Below, one piece after another: positions 31,301-45,900 of a stretch of 64,000 nt of DNA. The translations under genes were made by a program, and so were the position numbers. Location of the stretch: the NCBI GenBank assembly GCA_051294375.1, contig CM119270.1, positions 16,985,904 through 17,049,903 of the forward strand. Reading direction: 5' to 3'. The notes under the pieces were generated by a model that was given only the letters and a program-made list of their open reading frames with translations, was not told the DNA's origin and made no database searches. Within the stretch, counting starts at the first letter, position 1, and the number at the start of each line of letters is the position of its first letter. The stretch comes from Paraspadella gotoi (lineage: Eukaryota > Animalia > Chaetognatha).

Positions 31301-34300
31301 TCCTGCTAAAAAAATTCTGAAGAACAAAAAAAATTAGCCCAGAACCGAACTAAAATGTCATTAAATCCGAGCAAAGTTTAAAAAAATATCGAGTACAAGA
31401 AAAAAAAAATTCGGGGCGAGGGAAGGAAAGATAAGCTGAGTGCGGTCGAGGAAGAGTAAGCGTATAACCTGTCGCTGGTTAAAATTTTTCTTCAGTTGAG
31501 AATAAAAAAGCGAAAGGGGCACGAATAGTTTTTTTCTCGGGACTGAAATTTGTTTCGTCGTATTAGTGTAGAATTTGCCGTCGTGGTTCTATATTAGTAT
31601 TACATACACTGTAAACATTTTTCATTTTTTTCCCCTTTTCGTTAGGTAGAAATAGAATAATATTCTCAATTAGTCAAGATTTTAAAATAAAAATAAGTTT
31701 ATAACCGGAGATCGAAAATGAGTGTCTTTTATCTTCTCGAGTCTCTTTTTTAATCACTAATCGGTCTTAGTGGATTTGTCCCCGATTTAATTTCTCGTTC
31801 CTCATTAGTCATTACTTTTCTTTATCTCGGAAAGAGTAGATATCGTAGGCAAAACCGACCCTCTGACAATCTGAAATGTTCTGCCTTAACTAAAGCCTAG
31901 CGGAAACTAAACTAGGAAAAAAAAAGAATGATAAGATTAAAATTTAAATGCTTACTGCTTAGGCAAAAAACCTTCAACCGATAAATGAACCCGGATGTAA
32001 TAATAAGTAATCACTCATTTTGGAATGCGGCCTTTAGGTCCTCCGACCGCGTCTCGTCGGGCTCATCGACGGGAGGATCCAGTTCGGGCTCGTCTTCGAG
32101 CGGCAGCGACAGTGAAGCCGAAGATGGCTGCTCTTCTTCCTCCAATCCCCCGGGCGGGCAGGGCTCGACCGGCCACTCCATGGCCATTACCTCTTCGGCG
32201 CCCGTCAAACCCGCTATCAATCATGCTAGTCCCTCGTCCAACAACGCATTTTTCCAGTCTGAGGTAAGCATTTAAGGGAATCGTGTGCGTTGTGATGTCA
32301 AATGCTGGTGTTTTCTCATTCAAGTTTCAGTGAAAAACATTATTTGGACTTAACTTTATTGAATAGAAAATTAATATTAATTCGATTTAAACTTCTTTTT
32401 TTTTTTTGAGACATGGGAATAATACTTGAAGAATTTAATTTTTCTCTCTGGCTTTTAATTTCGCGATCTCAATAGCGGAGGAAGAAGAGCAGAGTGGAGA
32501 ATAATGAAAAAAAAGAGTTACTGTAATAAATACAGCTTTTAACTATGAATAACATGTTATTACTAAAAACGTATATATTTGATTGTAAAAAAAATTATAG
32601 GAAACCAAATGGAATTCCGAGAATGAAGAAAACTTGATTTTTAATGACGAGCTTTAATAAACTGTCAACCTACCTTCCCTTCCTATTTCATTAATTCATT
32701 TCATCTTTACCTCCATTTAGCTACCCGGATCCCAACAGACGTCGTCCCGCCTCCCCTCCACACACGCATTGCCATCTCCCGGTGGTCTGGCGTTGTCCCG
32801 TTCGGCCGGTTGCCGCGCGGCCCCGTTGCGAAACCGCCTCCACTCTGGAAGCGGCGCTTCGTCGGATTCGCCTCGCGAGGCCTTCGACAGAAGCGGACAG
32901 TTGGAGAGCGTGGTGTCAGCACCGCCGTCGACGACGCCACCGGTGGAGAATCGCCTTCCGTCGTGCGTGAATCCCACCGCCGGTTCCGGACGCGAGCACC
33001 ACCGCTCCAACTCGTCCTCGTCGCAGCCTGAGACTGGGGTGCTGTATGGGATCTGCATCAAGAATTTGCCCGTCAGATCGAGCGGTGAGTTGAGCAGGGA
33101 TGACGTGTCTTGGTTGATATTCCGGTTGTTCCCGCTGATTGATAACGATCGTCATCATTACCTTCATGTCGTTTATCTTCTATTAACCTCGTCCACTCCT
33201 GCTCTTCTTTTCCTATCTTACAGACTCTTCTCTCAAAGACGGTCTTTTCCACGAATACAAGAAGCACGGCAAAGTGTTGGGAGTCAAGGTTTTGGGTCAG
33301 GGCCAAGACAGATACGCCGTCGTCACCTTCAAAAAGCCGGAGGACGCCGAAAAGGCGCTTGACGTATCGCAGGACAAGCAGTTTTTCGGATGCCGGATCA
33401 TCGTGACTCTGCACGAGGGAATGGGTGAGTTTTGTTTTCGGGGGGAAAGATGCTACGGGTGTGGCCGGCGATGTTTTTGTAAGGATATCCGGTAATTCGT
33501 GCTTCTCGCGTGCGATACGGCAGTAAAAATGTTTTGGTATCGAGAATTCTGGAAACGCAGTTCAAAATCAAATACTTATTCTATTTGAGCGAACCCGCCT
33601 CGCCAAATTTAAGGAAGGTGTCGGAATATTGCCATTGTGACCTTATAGTGACCTTTTCTGGGGCTTGAGAGAATGCTGCCTTTACAAATCTAAGCGACTT
33701 TTCCAAACCTAAAGCTATGAATCCAGGAAAACCGACCTCCCATTGCTTCGAGAAACAATCCGTCTGTCTTCAGCTCGAGAATGGTGATTTGATTGCATCA
33801 AGTATTTCAATAATAGAAATGCCGTCTTGTGAGAATGAAATCGCTTGATTTTTATTTTAGTGAGACCATTTACACTTTGCTCTTTTTTTGAAATAATCAT
33901 TGATGTTGATTTACAACATTTCATTCGTTTTTCTTTTCCTTTCAGAAAATAATCTTTCCCCCCCCCCCATTGTGTTTTAGAAATCGACGAATCGGAACGA
34001 AGTCGTCTTGAGCCCGAGATGGACGAGTATCACCCCAAGGCCACGAGAACTCTCTTCGTGGGGAATCTGGAGAAGGTAAGTTAAAAAATTGATAGGGTTG
34101 GAACTTATTTTTAGAAGCGATTAAAAAGACATGCGTAAATAAATTAAGCCACGTATGGGAACAGTCGGGTTGTCTGTGATGTCTTTTGGGATGGGCCATC
34201 TCACTTTGGGTGCTTCCGACCCTCAGCGACGCCTCCTGTCGCTGGCGCGGTTACCCTAGGACGGTCTCGCTTTGCCAACGCAAAGGAAAGTCGTTAGGAC

Positions 34301-36089
34301 TGTGGATGGAACTCAACGCTTTGGATGGTGTGTTCCCCCTCTGAGCCAATGGGATTGGCTGAACGTTGGTGGATGTGAGGCGGTGTGAATATACCGCCAA
34401 ACACGTTTTTTTTTTAAATTTTACGAAACCTTGATTTCTAAAACGTTTTTAGTTCGATCGACCTCAGCTTTGGAACCGCGGAGGTTATAACCTTTAATTC
34501 GAGTTAATTAAATATCAACTATCGATCGTTTTTCGTTTCGGTTTCAAATGAACCGAAAAAAAAAAAATAGAATATTGCCGGTGAAAATTTGCCACATCTT
34601 TAGTTTTTAGCCGGATTTGCTTAACGCAGATTCCGACTCTATAATCCACTTTGTCGGTCCATCGGTCCACCCCCTAATCTTGTCGGGCATTTATTTAGAT
34701 CATGTCAGAACATCAAATTATGATAAATTATGCCCAAAAAAATGTCCGTCCGTCCCCCCTTAGCAAAAAAATCAAATTACTCGTGATTGGATGGATGATT
34801 TGGAATGAAATTTTGTGTGTGGGTAGGGAAGTGTGTGATTGAGCTGGATATTAAGTTTCCATGGAATCGTGCGAGTGGAAATGAGTTTAAATGGAAAAAA
34901 CGAAAAAAATATATTTAATTATTTGAACGCCAATTACTCGAGAGTGGATGTGGCAATTGACTTGAATTTTTTTATGTGGGTAGGAAAAGTGTGTGATGAG
35001 GCTGGAAATTTAGTTTTGATAGAATCGTTTGAGTGGAAATAAGTTTAAATAGAAAAACACAAAAAACCTGTTTCACTAATTGATTATGTTTCTTTTTATA
35101 TTAAATGTAAATTCAAGAAGTATTAATAAATCAAATAATTAATCAGTAATTAATCAATTAATTAATCAGTTAATTAATATATTATTTAGTAAATCATTAT
35201 TTATCTATTAATTATTCAATTAATCAATTTATTTATAAATCTATTAATTATCTAACCAATCAATCAATCAAGTCAATCGTTATCGACATTATTGTCGTCA
35301 TCATCTTCATTGCTTTTGTCGTGATTAGTGACGAAAATATCTAAAAAACATTTTGGATCAAATTAATTAATTAATTAGGCAATTAATTAATTAATTACCG
35401 CTTATGATTGTGGGCAGATCCGACATTGTTTGCTCAAACTTGTTGTAGGATATTCCTCCCAATCTTGTACATTTATTGAATTCTTAGATTCTTTTAAAAC
35501 GTCTTAAAAACATGAATTTATCCTCCAGGATGTGAGCACGAGCGAGTTGCGGAAACTGTTCTCTCCGTTCGGCGAAATCATAGACGTCGACATCAAGAAA
35601 CAGGGCGTCGTGTCCGCCTACTCTTTCATCCAGTACGCGGACATTCGATCCGTCGTCGCCGCTCTGGATAAGATGGACGGACAGCACATTGGCGCCAACC
35701 GGATCAAGGTGGGCACGTTTGTTTAATAATCATGCCACCGCTTAGCATTAGATTTCAGCCTTTCAATACAATTGTTCTCTTCGTTTTGCGAAAAACCTGA
35801 TAATTGTAATATTAATCACGTTTCCCTACTTCCGACAGCTGGGCTTCGGCAAGAGCATGCTGACGAACTGCGTCTGGTTGGACGGCATCGCCCCCACCGT
35901 GACGGAGAAATACCTCGGCAAGCAATTCGGGCGATTCGGTCCCGTCAACTACGCCATCATCGATCGGTCGCGCGCCTTGGCCCTCGTCTATTTCGACACG
36001 GTCGACTACGCCCAACACGCCGTGGCCGAAATGCGAGGCAGGGTTGTCGCCGGGAAGAAGTTGCAGGTCTGTTATAGCGGATGGGAGTC

Positions 36090-36137
<48 letters not shown>

Positions 36138-39100
36138 AGCGAAGACGCGTCACCATGACCACCCCTTTTTTTACAGACTGAGGACGTATTATAGTAGCAG
36201 TTTAACTGTAAATAAAACTTCAAAACAAATTATAATTTAATTCTTTAATTAAATCTCTTTTATTCTTCAGGTCGACTTCGCCTCCCGCGACTGCCAAAAC
36301 GCCTTCCTTGACAAGATGGAGGCCTCGGGTCAACTACGCGTGGGCGACCGACCCGAAGAGCGACTTCGCGGCGGCGTCACTGGCTCTTCCACGGGAACTC
36401 CCGTCGTCGAACGACGCCGTTACGCCGATGGGTAAGTCCGGTTAAATCTCGTTGAGATTGTAGATTGGATGTCATGAAATATTTGTTTGGTTTTGATTAA
36501 ATAATGATTTCTATACTTCAATTTAGTCTTTTAAAAACCGTTGATAATGTCGAAACTGTTCTTAAAATTAAAAAAATATTAAAAATATAAGAAAATATAA
36601 AAAATATAAAAAAGCTAATTTTATAAGAAAATTCAATTAATGATACTGTTATGCAAATTTTTTTTTGAAATAGGACTAAATTATTTTTTATTACACATAT
36701 AAAGGCAGCAAAAAACATTGTTCCATCGCTCAATCCTTTCATCACTCCACCCTAATGAGCAAGCCTCAATTCTACATATTACTTGATTATTAAGAAGAGC
36801 ATGTCGTTAGGACACGAATTGCAGAAATTTGGCTCCGGACTCGATCTCATGACCATTTCGTCACGCCCCCTTTCCGCAGCTACGAACCGGAGTCGTCGAT
36901 GTGCAGCAGCAGTTCCCGCATCGTGGAGGCGCGAGACACGCCCTCCTCCAGAGACCGCGAGAGGGAGGTCCTCTTCAGTCCGAGGGACGACAGAGACGGA
37001 TACGAGAGATTCAGGTGAGAGGAGAAGCTCTTGAAAAAGAGGTTTGGTAGGAGTCTACCGAGTTTTGCTCTCTTGCTCTCTCTCTCTCTCTCTTGCTCTC
37101 TCTCTTGCTCTCTCTCTTGCTCTCTCTCTTGCTCTCTCTCTCTCTCTCTATCTTGCTCTCACTCTCTTCGTTGACCGTGAAATACTTAAACCTTCAGGAT
37201 TAATAATCTTTACCCCGATTCGGTGATAATTGAGACGATTTTCTGAGTTTACTGTGCGGCCGTCATGGCTTTACTAATCTCTACCGGCCAATGAACCTTC
37301 GCATGCGTAATATTTCTCATTATCATATTCTTCGCGTAGCCAATTCACCCGGTAACCAATCGTAAACCTCTGGGACACGAACTGTCTCTCAGGAAACAAG
37401 AATTAGTCGTTAACGTGAATTAATTGGTATGGAAACTGCGGGTTCCGCTTCCCCGGAGAATTAGAATAACTTGCGTATGCAACCATATCCGTCTTTTTAA
37501 ATGCGTATGGAAATATGGACGAATGCAATGGTTATCTTATCCGTCAGAATCTTTAAAAAAGAAGATAATTTAGATTCTTCTCTCGCAAAGACAAGCATGT
37601 GGATTGTGGAATTATTATTATTAATATTATTTTTATTATTATTATTATTATTATTATTGGAAAAATTCCATTTTCTTTTGACATCATTTTCTATTAAATA
37701 AAGCCTTCTCGCTCAGAAGCGGCACGCGATTAAACTAGAAAGAAGTCGACTCAAAGGCTGACGCAGGCGCGGGCCAAATGCCATTAATGATGGTTTCGAC
37801 GCCAACGTTATGATCCGCATCTCATTTTCATTCAGTCTTCATTCCTAAACCCCTTATTTCTCCGATTCGGATCATCCAAAGTTTTCCCGTCAATCTCCCT
37901 TTTCCGGCTTCGCGTAATTTATTTCGAAGAAAGAAAAAAAAAATAAGAAGGTGGAAAGAGAAAGATCTCGCGAGAAAGCGCGAGCGCTTGCGAACTCGCT
38001 ATCTCGAGAAGAAAAAAAAATTCCTATTTTTATCCATTTTACTCCTTTCCCCCTCCTTTTTCCTTCCCCTCCCCCTCCTTTTTTCCTTCCCCTTTCCCCT
38101 TCCCTCCCCCCCCCGCAGCGAGCGGCGCGGCGCGGCGACGCTCTCCTCCACGTCGTCGTCGTCCTACTCTCGCATGCGCGCCTCGGTCTCGCGTCAGACG
38201 TACACGAGCGCGGGCGGCGCGGGCGGCGGCTCCTCCCGCTTTTTGCGCGCGCCCCGGGCGCCGGGGTTTGGGGGGGGGGGAAAACCCCCGCCGGGGCCCC
38301 CCCCGCCCCCGGGGGGGGGGGCCCGGGGCTGGGCGTGGAGGAGGAGGAGGAGGAAGCAGCGGCAGCGGTGGAGAGGGAGGAAGGACCCCTTACCGCGAGG
38401 GAGGCAGAGGGGAGCGGGGTGGGGATCCGCCCACTTCTTCGTCCTCGGCCGGCGGCAGAAGAGAGAGGAGAGCTCCCTACGATTACTACGCCGAGGACTA
38501 CGCGGTCGAGAGGAGATCGAGGTAAGGAGAGAAAATTCGAACCTTGGGGTTTCATTTTTCTTCTTTTTTTTTTTTTCTCACTCGCTTTTTTCTCCTACAC
38601 TTTTTCTTCTTTTGTTTTTTTTTTTTTGCATTTTCTTCATAGCAAACTTATTCTCATTTGCTTCCCACTTATTTTTTTTTCTTATTCTTTTTTGATTTTT
38701 TTTTTCTTCTTGTCTGTTTACAGCAGATTCCGGCTCTTTAATTCACTTTGTCAGTCCGTCGGTCCGCCCCCCCAATCTTGTCGGGCATTCACTAATATCA
38801 TGTCATAACATCAAATTATGATAAATTAATTAAAAAAATTATGTCCGTCTGTCTGTCTGTCTGTCCGTCCATCCCACCTTAGCAAAAAACACCAATTACT
38901 CATGATTTGATAGATGGATTGGAAGGATAGTGTGATTGAGCTGGAAATCAAGTATCGATGGAATCGTCCGAGTGGAAATGAGTTAAGATGGAAAAAACAA
39001 AAAATATATTTCATTATTTGAACGTCAATTACTCATGAATGAATGGGGCGATTAACTTCAAATTTTGTATGTGTGTGATTGAGCAGGAAATAAAATTTCG

Positions 39101-39579
39101 ATGGAATCGTCCAAGTTGAAATGAGTTAAAATGGAAAAAAACAAAGTCTATTTCACTATTTGTTTATGCTTTTTTTATTTTTATATTAAATGTAAATTCG
39201 TGCTGCATTAATTAATTCATTAATTTTGTGATCGAGATTGTTGTTTTGTGATTGAGAGGCGAGACAAAGTAGAAAACGATTTTGACACGAATAAAAAAAA
39301 TTAATTAATTAATTAATTAATCACTTATCTGATGAGCTGCTTACCGCTAATGATCGTGGGCAGCTCCGGCATTGTTTGCTCAAACTTGTTTTATACGTTT
39401 ACTTCTGTCCTTGTCCAAGTCTTTCTGCATCTCCCCTCTTCCTACGTCGCCCCACTTTTTTTTTCTTCGCCTGCTTCAGGATCGGGATGGAGGAAAGAAC
39501 TGAAGGAAAAAAAGTTAATGGCAATTCCGAGAGTCTGTTGTTAGCGAGAATGAGAGAGAAACAGAAATGTGTGAGACTT

Positions 39580-39631
<52 letters not shown>

Positions 39632-39888
39632 CGATGGAGACGGTGTACGACCCTCTTGAGAAATGGGGGTTAAAAAATGATGGAAGACCCGGAGCAGAGT
39701 TTCTTCATCTTGCGTGTTTTATGTCTGTAGGATTTTGTTCTGGCTCTCTCCTTATCTGTCTTCCTCTTTCTTCCTCTGCCTCTCCCTTCCTTTTTTTTCT
39801 CTGTCATCTTCCCCTATCCTCTCTCCGCGTTCCACGTTCCCTTCTTTTCCTCAACCTACCCTCTCACTGCTCTTTCATTTCCGCCCTC

Positions 39889-39934
<46 letters not shown>

Positions 39935-42900
39935 AAGAAAGAAAAAAATAAAGAACGAATGTCTGTAAACGGAGGCGTGGGCGTTTGAAGCCGCGCAAGA
40001 CTTTCTTGGGTTTCTTCCCGAGGCTTTCTCCTGGTCTTTTAGATGAAGGGCAAAGATAGGGAGTAAAGTTATGTAGTTTCCCGTTTTTAAAAATGTTTCA
40101 AATAAAGATGTAGTCTATAAAATTTTTGTGTCAGAACATAAATAACGCGAATTATTTATCGGTTTTGAGCTAAATTCGGAAATTAATCGAAAAAATAGCT
40201 TTTTGAGCTCTAAAGGAAATTTATTTTGCGAATTTGGGAAACTATGAAAGAATAAAAAGAAATGTGTGATATAAAATATTAAAAAGTTCATGAAAATGAA
40301 ACATTCAGAGATAAAGAAAGTCGACATCTTGATAAAGAAATAAAGAAGTCGATGCTCCGCGTGTTTTCTCCTCTTGCTTCTCCGTGCCTCCTCGTCTCTC
40401 GAGCAAAAAAAGTGTTCCCGACCGATAGATTCCAACGGAATATTCTTCGGACTCGTGCATGACGAACATTGAAAACCGATACCGAAGGCAGAACATGGCG
40501 GGAATGGACGAGAGCAATAGAAATGGTCTAGAGATACAGATTGGAATTATTTATGGCAGCGAGAGAGAGAGAGAGAGATGAAGGGATTTTGCATAGTTGT
40601 TTTAAAGCACCGGACTTCATCTTGGAAAGATTGGAATAAAAAATGAGCTACTGTCAGTTGCGATACTCCTGAAAGTGAGCTGCAGGATGCAGCGAGATCG
40701 GTTGAAAAAGAAATGTTGCCATAAAAAATTGATTTCAAACAGGCGCTTGTTAATCCAATATGTCTAAATCTTTCGCTATATTGTGGATTTCAAACTCTGT
40801 TGTAATGTAGTATTGATTAATATTCGACGTTGGTCGATGAGTCAGGAAAACTGGCGTTCTTCGTTCAATATTTATCGAATGATACTCCCTTCTTCTACTC
40901 GCACGCGCGCCACTGATGCTTTGGCCTCGCGCGCGTTCTCTTCCGCGCTTTTCTCTCTATCCGCTTTTCTCTCTGTTTCTATTTTGATTTGAGCGATAGA
41001 AGTTGAGTTTTTATATATAACTAAATCATGTAGGTTTTTATTGAAGATAACGTAAAAAGAAATGCGAATGCGTGTTTTTATTATTTATATCCATTGAGCA
41101 CTGGGCTGTGTGAGGGTTCGAGATTAATCCCAAGAGTTGAAGCTTTGAGATTGTTCGTTACACGTCACGTACTTTTCTCTGTTCCCGTTTTCGATCTCTC
41201 TCCCCACCTCCTTTGCGCTTGGCACCCAAAACGCAATTAAAACAATTTTTTTCTTGGTTTGTTCGCAGCTGCGTCGCTGAACACTCCGCCAAACAGCAGA
41301 AATTGGCCGCTTTTTTCTGCTTTTCTCGGTTTGCAGATGCGAAACTGGCGGGTGAAAGTGGGATCTGAAAAATTGACGAGCCCAGCCATTTTGATGGTCG
41401 TTGAAGAACGAGAAAGCAATAAAGAATTGGAAACCAGAAAACGGATCAGTCGTGGACGGACTTGGCAGTCTTAAAAGTTAAAACTCGTAAATTTAGACGC
41501 CGTAGACAAATGAAAAAGTAACCTAGATAAAATCCATTTGTAATGTTATGCCTTTTGATTTGCACAAGATGTTTTACACAAGATTAAACCGATTTTTAAC
41601 AAGCTTTTTTGAGACTTTGATTCCACTGATATGATATGATATGATATGATATGATATATATCTTGCCTCTTATTTTCTAACCCTCTAAGCTCACCATAAT
41701 TCGTTTTTCATATTTCCACCCTCTTGTTTCGTATATTCTCACCCTCTCCCACCCACGCACACTCTTTCTCTCTCTCCTCTCATCTCCTCTCCTCTCGACT
41801 TCTCCGGATCCCAAATAATCACACGTCATTTCCATAATTCGCCTCCGTCGATTGCGACGTCAGCGCTGAGAAGCTGAAACGAAGTCTATTCACGGCCTCC
41901 TCGCCTCCCTGGCGAAAAATGCCCGATACACTCGTTCGAAGCCCGATAGGCCTTTGATGGAATAAATTGCCTTTGAGATGGCCGGGCGTTATCTGCCTTC
42001 GAATGTTTCGCCCTTTGTTTAGAGGGATGTAATCGACTGGATTTTGCTTTTTAGTCTAGTGCGAACATATTAGGTTAGATTACTACGTAATGTTCCGACG
42101 TAAATACTTTTATTCGGAGAATTTAATTATGAGGTAAATTACTATCTATGCGAATTGCTAGTTGAGAAAAGTGCTGATAAAATATCTGGTTCTCTTACTA
42201 AATGAAAATATTTTTATATTCGTCCTACAATGATTGACATAATCTGTTAAGTCTAATACACAATTTCCTTTCCTTTCCTCCCCCGCAGAAACTACGAAGA
42301 TTACCCCTCCGCCAGCCACCGCGAGGTCGACGGATACGACGACCGTCAATTCTATTCCTCCCGCGATCGTCTGCTCCGCGATGACCGGACGGGCAGCCCT
42401 TCGCGGCCCGACCGTCGCGACGAACGTCCTGGATTCAGTCCCGGCGGCAGTGGCGCCGCCGCCGCCGCCATGTACGACCCACGCGGTTCGGCCAGCCCGT
42501 CTCGTGCCCGCGCTCCCCGCTCCCTCAGCCCCATCACCCCTCCGCACGCGGGCGACGACCGTCGCCGTCACGATCGGTCCTCTCGCGCCGGAAGCCGCGT
42601 TCGCGACGCCAGGGACGTCCTGCTGCGCGGCGCCACGCATCACAACGACGATCTCCTTCACCACCCTACTACGGAACTGCGCAAGACGCGGAGCCAAGAA
42701 TCTCTCGGCTCCGCCTCTACCCACGGCAGCAGCGTCCATGGAAACTCCCCGCCCCCCGCCCAGCACTACTCTTCTCACCTCAACAACAACAACAACGTTT
42801 TGCCGCCGCGCAGCGTTTCCCCTTCCCCTTCCTCTCGTTCGTCGGCGAAAAGAGACGTGAGACTCGTGAGAACCGGAACCGGCCACGCCTCCTCCTCCGA

Positions 42901-45900
42901 CGACGCCTCTTCGGAGAAGAACGCCCGAGCGCCGAAAAAGCATCATCGGGCGGCGCCCTTTTCCGGCGGAGTCGTATCCGGCCTCTCCCCGGCCGGCAGT
43001 CACGACAGCAGAGAGAGGGGCCGGCGCGGCGGCGCGGACGCCGTTTCCCTCAGAACGGCGTCGTCGACGAAAGGATTACCTCCCGATCTCAACGCCTCTA
43101 CATTACCGCATTCCGCTTCCAAACACGGCGCCTCAAAGACGACGCACGTCGACGGAGAGTCGCGCCTTCGCTCTAGGTCCCCGCCGCCGCCGCCGCACCA
43201 GCAGCAGCAGTACTCGTCGACGAAAGGGGCCAGTAGTACTCAACTCTTGTCGCAGTCATTCTTGCGACGAACCGACGGCGCGTCTTCCTCTTCCGCCCCA
43301 CCGGCCCCGGTCGAGGCCGAGATGACGCCGCCGCCGGCACCGCCGGCCGATCCCGCCGCCCATCACCTTCACCATCACCACCATCGGATAAGGGCGGGTG
43401 CGTCGAGCCCCGCTGCTTCGGACGGTCTCGCCGGATCTACGGCGACGACGACGAAGCTGGCGAATAGCAGTCAGTCGACGTCCGCTACTGCCACTCCTCC
43501 TCCTCCTCCCCCTCCTCCTCCCGCCGTCTCCCAAACCGCGACGGATTCCTATTACTGTGATACTTCTTGTGATCCTAATCGTTTCTATCACCATTCGTCG
43601 TCGTCTCATGTCAAAAGTCAAGCTGCTCCTCCTGCGGCTCCGCTCTCCAGCGGTGCACCCTCCAAGCATCAACCTTCTCACCATCATTCTCAGAAAGATA
43701 CCGCGGCCCCTTCCTCCTCCGGGCGGGCTCCTCCCCCTCCACCTACGGCGCCGCCCCAAGCCTCCGTAAAAGTCCAACCTCTTTCTGCGGCCGCGCTGGA
43801 GTTTCAAAACCTACAGAGGGAGAAGCAGCACCTGCAGCAGCTTCTCGACGAAGTCACGGAGGCTTCGTCGTCGAGCCGACACGGAGGAGGCGGCGGCGGT
43901 CATCGTCGAGAGGGCTTGACCAAAGATCTCCTTGAAAAGGATAACAAAATCCCCGAGAAAAAGATCCTTCAGGATAAAATGGAAAAGTTCTTTAAGGAGA
44001 TGAACCGATCCGAGGCGGTGGACCCCGCTCTGCCTCCACCGCCCCCGCCGACGGAAACGTCAAAGACGCCGGCGCCAATAATGGGGGCGCCTTCGTCGCA
44101 CCGCCACGCCTCGGCGTCGTTGGCGACGATGATCTCGCCGGGCGCACCGGCGTCGTCGTCGTCGTCGGCTTCCTCGCGAACCGGATTACACAAAAAGACT
44201 CACTCTGGTGAGCATCATCTTCCTCACCATCACCTTCCTCACCATCACCCGGATTTAACTTACATTCCGGATTTACCGCCGCCGTCCGCCGCCATTCCGG
44301 ATTACCCGCATCTCGGCGCCCCCGGATTATTGCAAGACGACGACGACGACCATAACGCCGATGAAAATGGATTGCACAAACGAGCGCACGCCGATCCGCC
44401 GCCTTTGGGCCAATTGAGCCGCTTGAGTCAGCTCGGCAACAGCACCATCCCGACCGCCAAACACTCGCATCTTAACCATCATTATCAGGAGCATCATCAC
44501 ACATCAATTCATCGAACGACGCGTCCGGCGCCGCTGACGATTCCGCCCCCGCCGCCGGACGTTTCCGACATAAGTGGGGATTCTCCGCCTCCCTCTCCGC
44601 CCTCGGCCGACGATGAGTCGAACTTCCGCGTGGCAGGCGCCGAGGACGCGCTCAAGGAGACGCTTGCCGAGCGAATCCTTCAGGGAAAGTCCTCCATCTT
44701 CAAGGAAGCGCCGCCTCTTCCACCGAACGAGGAAGAAGCCGCGCAGCCGACCGCGACCTGTTCCGCGCGCCCGGCATCTTCCGCTCTCTCGGCTACGGAA
44801 TTGTCTTTGGAGGAGCGAATCCGCAATCTTGACCAGATGCTCGAACGAGTTCCGCCTCGTCCCTCCGAGTCGGTCGTCGACTACACCAAGTTCCGCATCC
44901 GGAAACGCCTCGAGTCGACGCCGCTTCCGTCGTCGGGCGGAATCGGCGTCGGGGGCGGACCGGCCTTGTCTTCCCCTTCTTCGGCGGTGGGTCTGCCACC
45001 GTCGTCGGCGCCACCGACGATACCGACGGTGGACCCCTCGGCCCCGGCGGAAGCCTCGGCCACGCCCACCGGACCGTCCGAGATCGTAAGTCGTCTCCTC
45101 GGGTCGTCGCGACGAAGTATTTTTGATGAGGATTCTCGAAGGCTCGAGCAAATTCATGAGAAATACGAACCGAAGGAGTTGACAAAGTTGGACTTGTCCA
45201 CGACCCGGACCCCGGTCGTACGGAACCCCTTCCGTGCTAAGATGGTGTCGCTGTCGTCTCTCTCCGCCGGCAACAACAACAACAACGCGGCGATCAACAA
45301 CGCGGTTTCTAGTCAACACTCGGTCGGCGTCCTCGCCGTCGCCTCGTCGACGGAATCGTCGACATCGTCTTCCCTGCCCCACGCCCCTCCATTCGGCCTC
45401 TCGGCGACGATGCTCTCCGACCCGCGTCAACAACAGCAACAACAGCCCTACCATCACTACCATCCCCATCCACCCTCGCCCGGGCTGTTGTCGCCCTCGG
45501 GCCACTCCTCCTCGTCGTCCTGCCACCAGAGGGAGAGCTTGGATCAGCGGCTGAGGGATCAGGGATTGCTTAATTCCCCGCCGTTGGTCTCTCCGTCTCC
45601 GGATCCAGGGCCACCCCTTCCTAGCTCGTCTCAGGTATTTGGTATTTTTGTGTGGCGAAAGGGATTTTAAAAAAATTATACCGTTAAAATTTAAATTTGA
45701 ATTTTGTGGTATAATCCTTTCTTTTCGTTCGTTCAGCTGATGAAGGCTTGTAGTTAAGCCGAAACAAGTCCGTTTTTTATTAAAAATAAAATCGTTGTTG
45801 AAAATTCATTTCAAACTCTTCTAAATTTGAATTTATATATATTTGCCAAGACATGTACGTTTTGTTTTAAAAACAAATGAATTTCGTACCCTGTAAACAG

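Noticed and set aside
40290-40560. Possible extra spen exon or nested gene in intron 10
   Set aside because: No consistent open frame with usable splice sites and no recognisable motif.
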